Part shown: one piece after another, positions 36,691 through 45,176 of the stretch
Position numbering within the stretch: position 1 is the first letter of the stretch
Layout: every line of letters begins with the position of its first letter
From: Hyphomicrobiaceae bacterium
GTDB lineage: Bacteria > Pseudomonadota > Alphaproteobacteria > Rhizobiales > Hyphomicrobiaceae
DNA: 64,000 nt
Assembly (NCBI GenBank): GCA_050250755.1
Contig: JBFWOB010000030.1
Span: 14,322 to 78,321 of the forward strand
Direction: 5' to 3'
Program-made: the position numbers and the translations under genes
The notes under the pieces: generated by a model
The model's input: only the letters and a program-made list of their open reading frames with translations
What the model was told of the DNA's origin: nothing
The model's database searches: none

Positions 36691-38120
36691 GGGTTCGTCT
36701 CATTGGCGGAAGGAGTAGGCGGTGCGGCCTCGAAGGAAGCGGCCGTGAAGGCGGACAGCGCGGCCTTCAAGTTGCTCTCGGCATCGATCAGGAAGTTGGC
36801 GGCGACGACGACATTTTCGCCGGCTTTGATACCTTCGATGATCTCCACATTGCCATCACCTCTGGCGCCCACTTTAACAGCGCGTGGTTCGAAGCGGCCT
36901 TCACCACGATCAACGATCACTACCTGGCGATTGCCGCTGTCAATGAGTGCCGAGACCGGCACGACGAGACGTTCAGCCTCGCCCTCGCCCGCATTGATCT
37001 CCACATCTGCGAACATCTCGTGCTTGATGCGATGATCGGGATTGCCGACCTCGATGCGCACTTTGGCCGTGCGCGTCGCCATATCGAGCTCGTGTAGAAT
37101 GAAGGTGACGGTGCCGGTGAATATTTCGCCAGGGAAGGCACGGAAGCTTACTTTAGCTTTCGATCCCACGCGTACCTGTCCAATATCTTGCTCGGCAACG
37201 TCGGCAATGACCCAGATCGAGGAAAGATCGACGAGCCGCAGCATCTCCTCTCCAGCTTTGATCATCATGCCTTCGATTACATTCTTCTGCATGACGACGC
37301 CGGAGACGGGCGAAGGCCAGTCAAATGAGATAACTGGCTCGCGCGTGCGCTTGAGCTCGTTTATCACGGCCTGCGGAAGCTGCAGGTTCGAAAGGCGCTG
37401 AAGCGCGCCCGCGTCATCGCGATTGCCGGATGCATTGGTCGAGATGCGGTAGTCGACTTGCACCTTGACCATGTCGGGACTGTAGACACGGAACAGTGGC
37501 TCGCCCTTCTTTACGTGGCGACCCGTCTCGTTGACGTAAAGTTTTTCGATGAAACTGTCGGCGCGTAACGCAATGGTGAGGAGCGTACGCTCGTCGGGCT
37601 TGGCGACACCTGGTGCCCGAATCGGCCGCACCAAACGGCGCATTACCGCAGGCTCCGACCGCACACCCGCATGCTGGATCTTCGCAATGCTGACTTTGAC
37701 GGTATTGCCGTTGTCTTCCTCGCCTTCGTAGACGGGAATGTAGTCCATCCCCATCCAGTCTTTCTTCGGGACCGGCGAGGTGTCTGGCAGTCCCATCGGA
37801 TTGCGGTAGTAGAGCAGCTTGCCTTTTCCCTTGGGCGCCGGCGGCGTTGCCTCAGCACTCCCGATCGTGGGCTCCTCTTCGTCGTAAACAGGCAGATAGG
37901 CGCGACCATCGGAGGTCTTCTTAGGCGATGGCGCGAAATCCGCCTCGCCATCGGGGTGCTTCCAATAGAGAACCTTGCGCCGAGCGACGGGACGATCTGA
38001 GACGGTACCCGTAGGAGCGACTTGCCTCCCGAGGAGCCAGAACCCGGCACCGGCGCGATATCCGCCGACGATGCCGAGGAGGGCCGCTGCCAGAGCGACC
38101 CCGAGGATGGTGCGGGACAT
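36687..38120 (-). CDS. cusB: Efflux RND periplasmic adaptor (CusB-like)
   Basis: MFP/HlyD-type barrel-sandwich. Two N-terminal metal-binding-type repeats (YWKHPDGE; YYRNPMGLPDTSPVPKKDWMGMDYIPVY). Overlaps cusA. Confidence 0.85.
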   Translation of the reverse strand: MSRTILGVALAAALLGIVGGYRAGAGFWLLGRQVAPTGTVSDRPVARRKVLYWKHPDGEADFAPSPKKTSDGRAYLPVYDEEEPTIGSAEATPPAPKGKGKLLYYRNPMGLPDTSPVPKKDWMGMDYIPVYEGEEDNGNTVKVSIAKIQHAGVRSEPAVMRRLVRPIRAPGVAKPDERTLLTIALRADSFIEKLYVNETGRHVKKGEPLFRVYSPDMVKVQVDYRISTNASGNRDDAGALQRLSNLQLPQAVINELKRTREPVISFDWPSPVSGVVMQKNVIEGMMIKAGEEMLRLVDLSSIWVIADVAEQDIGQVRVGSKAKVSFRAFPGEIFTGTVTFILHELDMATRTAKVRIEVGNPDHRIKHEMFADVEINAGEGEAERLVVPVSALIDSGNRQVVIVDRGEGRFEPRAVKVGARGDGNVEIIEGIKAGENVVVAANFLIDAESNLKAALSAFTAASFEAAPPTPSANETNP

Positions 38121-38129
38121 GGACCGCTG

Positions 38130-38522
38130 TCATTTGGCCTGAAAGACGACTGTGCCGTCGACGGTCTCATTCTCGCCAGGGACCTTGGCCTGGAGCTTAA
38201 GGGCCCATTTGCCAGCCATTGTGAAATCGGCCTTGAAGCGGTAGACGCCAGGCTCGGCACCAGGCATTGCCGCATGCTTCGCCGTCATCTGGCCCATGCT
38301 ATCTGGCGACATGTCTAGCCGGGTGCGGAAGACGATCGCGCCAGCGATTGGTTTAGCCGTGGGCTTGTGGACGAGACGTACGGCGATCTCGCTACCCGGG
38401 CCGTTCTTCACTTCAACGGCAACGGGCTGGAACTCGTAGTCAGAGGCCGCGGCTAGGGCGGTGGGCACGGTGGAGTTGACCGCCAGCCCAAATGCTGCGA
38501 TCGCGACAAGGTTGGTCTTCAT
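38130..38522 (-). CDS. Periplasmic FixH/YtkA-like protein
   Basis: ATG 38522 and signal peptide MKTNLVAIAAFGLAVNSTVPTALAAA. About 105-aa beta-rich mature part. The family call is tentative. Confidence 0.5.
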   Translation of the reverse strand: MKTNLVAIAAFGLAVNSTVPTALAAASDYEFQPVAVEVKNGPGSEIAVRLVHKPTAKPIAGAIVFRTRLDMSPDSMGQMTAKHAAMPGAEPGVYRFKADFTMAGKWALKLQAKVPGENETVDGTVVFQAK

Positions 38523-38640
38523 GATCCTGATCCTGACACAAGAGATGGGCGCCGCAGACGGTAACCGCGGCGAACTGCCATAGGCGTCTGGCAGACAGCC
38601 GCACACGGCCGTTGCCAGCTTGCCTGCGTTTCTCACAGGG

Positions 38641-39099
38641 TCAGGCTTTTGGGGGTGGGGCAGGTGGTCGATGCAGCCAGTCAGGCGGCTTTTGGGGATC
38701 GGCCGGCCGATCGTGACGGATCAGGAGGCGGAGCGTTGCCGGCCCGGGCGACAGTGCCGCGATAGCGGTGATGCCGCACTTGGCGAGGCAAGCCATCATC
38801 TCAGGACACGCGGCCTTCGATGAGGTGTCACAGCAGGGGCAGTCCTTCTCAGCCACACCATGCATGGCGTCGGGCATGCCCTGCATGGCCTTCATGCAGT
38901 CGCTCATTGCATCTTCGGGCGGAGCCACCGCAACCACGGTCTTGTGCGTGTCGGCATGCATCGACGCGCCGGCCCACTCCGAGATGATCGGTGCAAGCGG
39001 CAGCGCCACGGCGATCAAGATCGCCAGTATGATCCGCAAGTACCTCAGAACATCGCTCCTTCTAGTGTCGCAGAATGCCCAATGCCGCGACAGAGTCAA
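38641..39099 (-). CDS. Membrane-anchored Cys/Met/His-rich putative metal-binding protein
   Basis: One TM helix (ILAILIAVALPLAPII) followed by DCMKAMQGMPDAMHGVAEKDCPCCD...CPEMMAC. Confidence 0.5.
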   Translation of the reverse strand: MTLSRHWAFCDTRRSDVLRYLRIILAILIAVALPLAPIISEWAGASMHADTHKTVVAVAPPEDAMSDCMKAMQGMPDAMHGVAEKDCPCCDTSSKAACPEMMACLAKCGITAIAALSPGPATLRLLIRHDRPADPQKPPDWLHRPPAPPPKA

Positions 39100-39496
39100 C
39101 GCGCGTTTTAAGCACTTTGCGGCAGGCCCGACCGTGGAGTTGTTTCCGAGCCAGCCATACTCCTGCCGACGCGCGATGACCGAAAACGCGACAGCTCATA
39201 AGCCAACGCCCGAACTGTCCTCTACGGATTCCGTCCATGCTTTTTAATTTGGATGAACAGACTACCCCATTCCTTCCGGAACTTTCGCAACAAGAGGCGG
39301 TTCTCGCGATAGAGCATCCGGAATGGAGGGGCCCGAAGGTCCAGCCTTATCGGATGCTCTGTTGGTGAGGCTTGAAAGCGCTCGACCTTTCGACGCGCAA
39401 AGTCTCCGCGGACCAGTGGCAACAGCAACGTGCCGCTCGTTTCGCTGACCGAGAATCGGAAGATGGTCGAGATAGATCAGGACGATCCTGAAGCCC

Positions 39497-40039
39497 ATGG
39501 CTGGGGCACCGATGGAGGAAGGATTGATGCCTCACGAGCACCAGGCACGCCAAGCGCATGGCGATGGGAAGCATGGCTCGCACGGCCGCCCATACCTGAT
39601 GCTCTGGGTGAACATGACCCTTGGCCTTGCCGTCATGTACATCGTCATGTTCAGCATGATCGATGGCTTCGGCGACTTCAGGAACAATCTGAACATGTTC
39701 TATATGGCTGTGACCATGTGGGCGCCCATGGGCATCTTCATGTTGGCCACGATGCCGGGCATGTACTCGAACAGGAAAGCCAACCTAGCGCTTTACGCGC
39801 TTTTCGCCGTGCTGACGGCGGGGTCCTTCTGGGCAACGCGCGACCAGGTTATGATTAACGACCGCCAGTTCATTGCATCAATGGTTCCCCACCACTCCGG
39901 CGCAATCCTGATGTGCAGGAAAGCAAACCTTTCCGATCCAGAGCTCGTCTCGTTGTGCGGCGAGATCACCAAGGGGCAGCGCGAGGAGATTGAGCAGATG
40001 GAAAGGATAGGTGCAAGGTTTCGTAACGATGCGAAATGA
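39497..40039 (+). CDS. DUF305-domain protein (copper-resistance associated)
   Basis: FIASMVPHHSGAILMC...REEIEQMERI matches the DUF305 HH motif. N-terminal His-rich stretch and TM helices. Confidence 0.7.
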   Translation: MAGAPMEEGLMPHEHQARQAHGDGKHGSHGRPYLMLWVNMTLGLAVMYIVMFSMIDGFGDFRNNLNMFYMAVTMWAPMGIFMLATMPGMYSNRKANLALYALFAVLTAGSFWATRDQVMINDRQFIASMVPHHSGAILMCRKANLSDPELVSLCGEITKGQREEIEQMERIGARFRNDAK

Positions 40040-40333
40040 CTGCTAATTCCGCGATGCATTTGGTTGAGACGGCTTAGTGACGACGCGGCGCAGAGTTAGC
40101 TGCCGTCGAGTACGGGACCCCACACGTCCACGGTTTGGCGTCGCACCATCGTCGCGACACCTCAAGCAGCGGACATCGCTGGATAGGATCATTGGCTGCG
40201 GGAAGGCTGGCCAAGGCAACGAACGACCTGGTGGTCCATGACCTATCGGAGCGCCGCGTCCGCATTGTTTAAGTCTTGACTTTCGTTAGCTCAAACTTAC
40301 ATTCGGCTCTCGTGCAGCAACAAGCTGGAAAAG

Positions 40334-40663
40334 ATGGCTAACGCGGAGCGAGCCTTTGACGCGCTCGGCGACCGCACCCGGCGGCGCATCTTTACGAAAC
40401 TACGCAATCGAGTGTGCACGGCGGGTGAACTCGCACAGGGCATGGGCGTGACCCGGGCAGCGGTTTCGCAACACCTTCAAGTGTTGCGGCTCGCCGGGCT
40501 CGTCTCTGTCACAGCCTACGGAACGCGGCGGCTCTATCGGGTCGAGACCCAAGGCATCGAAGCGCTGCGCCAATGGCTCGACGGTTTCTGGGACGAGACC
40601 CTGGACGCGTTCAAGACAGCCGCCGAGCGTGCGGCCAGTAAAAAGGCAGAGCCTGATGGCTGA
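40334..40663 (+). CDS. ArsR/SmtB-family transcriptional regulator
   Basis: 109 aa. HTH segment CTAGELAQGMGVTRAAVSQHLQVLRLAGLV. Confidence 0.85.
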   Translation: MANAERAFDALGDRTRRRIFTKLRNRVCTAGELAQGMGVTRAAVSQHLQVLRLAGLVSVTAYGTRRLYRVETQGIEALRQWLDGFWDETLDAFKTAAERAASKKAEPDG

Positions 40664-41165
40664 ACAGATCTTCTTGAATTGGACCGATCCGAACAGCGTT
40701 AGAAAGATCATCAAAGTGCAGGCGCCGCGAGTTTTGGCGTGGCAGGTCTTCACGCAACATCTGGGGACCTGGTGGCCTCTGGCCGTATACAAGATCGGCA
40801 ATGCGAAGGCCGTGGACGCCGTCATCGAGCCGCAAATTGGCGGGCGTTGGTATGAACGCGGTGACGATGGCAGCACATGCGATTGGGGACGCGTGCTGGC
40901 CTGGCAGCCGCCCTCTCGGCTCGTGCTGTCGTGGGACATCAACGCAGACTTCCAATACACCCCGGGGCTCAACACCGAAATCGAAGTGCGCTTCATCGCG
41001 GAAGGCGAAAGCGCAACACGTGTTGAGCTCGAACATCGCTGTCTCGATCGGTTTGGCGATCGCCGCGATCAAATGCGCGACGTCTTCGACAAGAGCGGCG
41101 ATTGGGGTCAGCTGCTGTTGTCGTTCGCGGGCGCCGCCGAGAAGGCTACCGCTCAGGGAGGCTAA
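40656..41165 (+). CDS. SRPBCC/AHSA1-like domain protein
   Basis: ATG 40656 overlaps the arsR end. Typical ArsR partner, about 170 aa (WWPLAVYKIG...GGRWYE). Confidence 0.6.
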   Translation: MAEQIFLNWTDPNSVRKIIKVQAPRVLAWQVFTQHLGTWWPLAVYKIGNAKAVDAVIEPQIGGRWYERGDDGSTCDWGRVLAWQPPSRLVLSWDINADFQYTPGLNTEIEVRFIAEGESATRVELEHRCLDRFGDRRDQMRDVFDKSGDWGQLLLSFAGAAEKATAQGG

Positions 41166-41166
41166 C

Positions 41167-41550
41167 ATGCCGTATTACACCCCTACGGTTACGCTGCTTG
41201 CTGTCGCCCTCTATTTCTACTTCGCCACACAAGTGGCGGTCGCGCGGAGGCGGTTCAATGTCAAGCAACCCGCTACGACCGGTAACGCCGACTTCGAGCG
41301 CGTCTTCCGTGCTCACATCAACACTTTGGAGTGGCTCCCAACCTTCCTGGTCCCGCTGTGGCTGTGTGCAATCTATTTCGACGATAAAGCCGCAGCCGCG
41401 ATCGGGCTCGTCTGGATTGTCGGGCGTGTGGTGTATTTCATGGGTTACAGCCGCGCCGTCGAAAAGCGCCTACCCGGGTTCTTCATCCAATCGACCGCAT
41501 GCCTGCTTCTTTTCTTTGGCGCAGTCGCCGGACTGGCTCTTCACTGGTGA
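41167..41550 (+). CDS. MAPEG-family membrane protein (glutathione-transferase-like)
   Basis: 127 aa with 3-4 TM helices. Contains RAHINTLEWLPTFL. Confidence 0.65.
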   Translation: MPYYTPTVTLLAVALYFYFATQVAVARRRFNVKQPATTGNADFERVFRAHINTLEWLPTFLVPLWLCAIYFDDKAAAAIGLVWIVGRVVYFMGYSRAVEKRLPGFFIQSTACLLLFFGAVAGLALHW

Positions 41551-41843
41551 TGCGAATGGGCCGATTTTGAGAAATACGGCGCCAAACAGCACTGCAGAAC
41601 GCGTAACGCTACAACTAATTCAATGCCAGTCTTTCAGCGACGTCATGTACCAACGCGGATGAGAGGTAGAGTACTTTCACGTCGCCATATCCTCGCTGCA
41701 CGAGATCGTCGACAAGGCGCGAGGCGCCGCCGCCAATATCGGTGATTGGCGGTACTAGGCGGAGGCGCAACCGCTGTTACAAGCGCAAGCGACGTTTCCG
41801 GCGAGGCCTGCGTCCAAGAGCGCACGAGGCAGGACACGTACCA

Positions 41844-42683
41844 TCATCCCGTTGGCTCCCGACGGCCCAGGGGATAGCTGCGGTCATCTTCGCGGAAGGG
41901 TTGGGTAAGCAGCCGGTCGAGACGCAGCTCGCGAGGATCGCGGAACTGGTCTATGCCGACCGTCATGGCGAGGTGGCCGTCCTCCGGCTGCTCGCGATAG
42001 GTCCCCAAAAGGCGATCCCAACAGGACAGGTTGAAGCCAAAATTGCTATCGGTTTCGCGTGGCTTGATCGAATGGTGCACCCGGTGCATGTCAGGAGTGA
42101 CGACGATCCAGCGCAGGACCCTGTCGAGCTTTCCCGGCATGGAGACGTTGCCATGATTGAACATCGATGTCGCATTGAGCAAAACCTCGAAGATCAGCAC
42201 CGAGATGGCCGGTGCGCCGATCGTCGCTACGACGCCGAACTTGATGACCATCGACAGAAGGATCTCGACGGGGTGAAAGCGGATGCCGGTGGTGACATCG
42301 AATTCGAGGTCGGCATGATGCATTCGATGCAAGCGCCACAGCGCCGGGACGGCGTGGAACAGCACATGCTGCAGATAAATGGCGAGGTCGAGCAGGATGA
42401 TACCAAGCACTACCGCCAGCCAAGTCTGGACCTGGAAGGCATGAACGAGGCCCCATCCCTGTTTTTCGGCGAGGAGCGCAAGCGCGACCGCCGATATCGG
42501 AAAGAGAACCCGCACCAAAAGCGTGTCGATAAGTACGATGCCGATATTTCCAGGCCAGCGACGCGCCCGACCCGTTGCCTGGGCGCGGCGTGGTGCAAGC
42601 AGCTCCCAAAGGACCATGCCCAACAGGATGCTGACAAAAACCGCGAGCCTTATGAAAGGCTCATTTGACTGGAGCATCTGCAT
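41844..42683 (-). CDS. Fatty-acid hydroxylase / sterol desaturase family protein
   Basis: His boxes HRMHHAD and HRVHHS. N-terminal TM helices. Start ATG 42683 (MQMLQSNEP). Confidence 0.75.
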   Translation of the reverse strand: MQMLQSNEPFIRLAVFVSILLGMVLWELLAPRRAQATGRARRWPGNIGIVLIDTLLVRVLFPISAVALALLAEKQGWGLVHAFQVQTWLAVVLGIILLDLAIYLQHVLFHAVPALWRLHRMHHADLEFDVTTGIRFHPVEILLSMVIKFGVVATIGAPAISVLIFEVLLNATSMFNHGNVSMPGKLDRVLRWIVVTPDMHRVHHSIKPRETDSNFGFNLSCWDRLLGTYREQPEDGHLAMTVGIDQFRDPRELRLDRLLTQPFREDDRSYPLGRREPTG

Positions 42684-42709
42684 ATTCAATAATTCTCTTG
42701 AATGATGAG

Positions 42710-43387
42710 ATGGTGTCAAGCATGAACCCGAAGCGTGCGCTCTTTGCCCAGTTCGCCGCTGTGGCGAAAGCCGTCGCGCACGAGCATCGACTGGAGTTGC
42801 TGGAGCTGGTGGCACAGGGCGAGCGCAGCGTCGAGCGGCTGGCGGAGTGCACCGGCCTGTCCGTGGCCAATGTCTCACAGCACCTGCAGCATCTGCGCCG
42901 TGCTGGTCTCGTGGTGTCACGCCGGCAGGCGAAATTCGTGCTCTATAGTCTGGCCGATGGCGGGGTTCTCGATCTGCTAGCTAGCATTCGTAGCGTTGCC
43001 GAACGCCGTGTCAGCGATGTTGATCGCATCGTGCGCGACTACTTCCAGGCGCGTGATGAACTCGAGCCGGTCTCGCGCGCCGAGCTTGTGCGGCGGATCA
43101 AAGACAAGACCGTCATTGTCATCGACGTTCGCCCTGAGGATGAGTTTGCGCTCGGGCACATCGCCGGCGCCCGCAACCTGCCGCTGGTGCAGTTGAAACG
43201 CCAGCTCTCCAAGCTCGATCGCAAAACAGAGATCGTTGCTTATTGCCGTGGCCCCTACTGTGTCATGTCCTTCGAGGCGGTGGCTCTGCTGCGCCGGCAG
43301 GGCTTCGAGGCGCGCCGGCTAGAGGACGGACTTCCTGAGTGGAAGGCCGCTGGGTTGCCGGTCGAGACCTTAGCCGTCCGCGAGTAA
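42710..43387 (+). CDS. ArsR-type HTH fused to rhodanese domain
   Basis: HTH segment ERLAECTGLSVANVSQHLQHLRRAGLV. Rhodanese active-site loop AYCRGPYCV. Start is at 42710 or 42722. Confidence 0.8.
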   Translation: MVSSMNPKRALFAQFAAVAKAVAHEHRLELLELVAQGERSVERLAECTGLSVANVSQHLQHLRRAGLVVSRRQAKFVLYSLADGGVLDLLASIRSVAERRVSDVDRIVRDYFQARDELEPVSRAELVRRIKDKTVIVIDVRPEDEFALGHIAGARNLPLVQLKRQLSKLDRKTEIVAYCRGPYCVMSFEAVALLRRQGFEARRLEDGLPEWKAAGLPVETLAVRE

Positions 43388-44114
43388 CGTTAGGACACGA
43401 TTGCGAAGCCCATCAGGCATCACGCGGAGCTAACTTTTTAATCACGATCCAAATAGTGGTGGCGCTTCCGGACCAAACCGTCGCGCCGTCCGACGATTGG
43501 ATTCTGTCTCTTTGATCTTCCTAGTCTTCAGCAGGATCTCTTCCATCGTCCGTTGCATGGGCGAGCGCCATTGCGGTGATGTGCAGAGCTTGCAGACATT
43601 GGTTCCCTAGGCCGTGCAACTGGCGGTGGTATGTGTGCAAATGTCCGCTTTCCAAAATAACGGACGCGAGCTTCCCATCATTGCTGTCGGATCCGAACGA
43701 AGGTTCCGAGGGCTCGCAATCGCGCGTTGGTTAGGAATTCCGCTGCCTGCAGCGTAACGCGTCCTAAGCTCGACCCGTTAGTCGGCAATTTCGCAAGCAC
43801 ACCGCGATGTAAGGGGGGAACATCAGACGGCATCGGTGAGGGCACGAGCGAGCGGCCAAGTCCATCTCTCGCATCCACAACTCGCCGATCGTATTCCCCG
43901 CGCGCGGCGCCATGGGTTGAGGACTACGCAGCTGCCATTCAGCTGAGAGCCATCGCGTAACCTCGAATCGTGGCTATTGCGACTACCGTCTGATCGCTGC
44001 GCAGGCGCCACATCGCGCCAATCTACTCAGGGTTAATTGTTCTTTTAACGTTCCGTTCAGACACGAGCGTGCTAGAATCATATGTTGACGGCGCTAACCA
44101 GGGAGGTCGAGCCC

Positions 44115-45122
44115 ATGTCGAACAAACCGATTGCCGCGCTCCTCGCCTCCCATATTGAAGGCGACGACGAGCAGTTCCTGTCGATCATCTTGCAGTTCGC
44201 GGCCCAGGAGGCGCGGCATGGCCGCACTGACGAGGCAGCGAAGCTGAAGGAGCTTGTCCAATCCGCTCGCGACCGGCGACGGGTCTCACCGCCGTCCGGC
44301 CAGACGCCCATCCCGATGGCGCGCCCGCGCGGCGAGCTGCAGGGCTTGGTGGACAGCTCCTATCCGAAGCTCACGCTCTCAAGCATGGTCCTCTCTCGCG
44401 ATGCCCGCGAGCGCCTCCTGCGCGTGATCCGGCAGCAGCAGTCGCGCGCCGCTCTGCGCGATCACGGCCATGTGCCAACCAGCCATATGTTGCTGGTCGG
44501 CCCGCCGGGTACCGGCAAGACCATGACGGCTGCGGCCATAGCAGGCGAGCTGCACCTGCCGTTGTTCACCGTGCGCCTGGAAGCGCTATTCAGCCGCTTC
44601 CTCGGAGAGACCGCAGCCAAGCTGCGGCTGCTGTTCGATCAGATCGCGCAGGTGCGCGGCGTCTACCTCCTTGATGAGTTCGACGCAATCGGCTCGCGAC
44701 GTGCCGCGACCAACGACGTCGGCGAGATCAGGCGCGTGCTCAATTCGGTGCTGGCCTTCATGGAGGAGCCAAACTCGACCGACAGCCTCGTGATTGCCGC
44801 CACCAACCATGTCGAGATCCTCGACAGCGCGCTGGCCCGCCGCTTCGACGAAGTGATCGAGTATGCCCTGCCTGACGCATCCGCGGCGCGGACGGTGATC
44901 GAAAGCAGGCTCGGCAAGTTCCGGCTGCATGCGCGGTCCTGGAAGAAGGTCTCCGCCGCTGCAGAGGGCCTTAGTCAAGGCGAGCTGTGCCGAGCTGCCG
45001 ATCAGGTGGTCCGCGATGCCATTCTCGCGAAGGCCGACAAGGTGACTGGGGTCGGGCTCGAAAATGCGCTCAAAGCCCGACAGGCTGTGCAGAGAAGATT
45101 CCGTTCTCAAAGCGAGTTGTAG
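44115..45122 (+). CDS. AAA+ ATPase (IetA-like)
   Basis: Walker A GPPGTGKT and Walker B VYLLDEFD. ATG 44115 lies 8 nt after GGGAGG. Confidence 0.8.
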   Translation: MSNKPIAALLASHIEGDDEQFLSIILQFAAQEARHGRTDEAAKLKELVQSARDRRRVSPPSGQTPIPMARPRGELQGLVDSSYPKLTLSSMVLSRDARERLLRVIRQQQSRAALRDHGHVPTSHMLLVGPPGTGKTMTAAAIAGELHLPLFTVRLEALFSRFLGETAAKLRLLFDQIAQVRGVYLLDEFDAIGSRRAATNDVGEIRRVLNSVLAFMEEPNSTDSLVIAATNHVEILDSALARRFDEVIEYALPDASAARTVIESRLGKFRLHARSWKKVSAAAEGLSQGELCRAADQVVRDAILAKADKVTGVGLENALKARQAVQRRFRSQSEL

Positions 45123-45176
45123 GGCGCCGGTTGCGAATCACTTACCGTTGGAACCTGCCCTAACGAGTTTTGAGCC

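Noticed and set aside
41742-42668. 308-aa plus-strand ORF opposite the fatty-acid hydroxylase gene
   Set aside because: The minus-strand frame carries the His boxes and TM helices, whereas this frame is Arg/Asp/His-rich without motifs.
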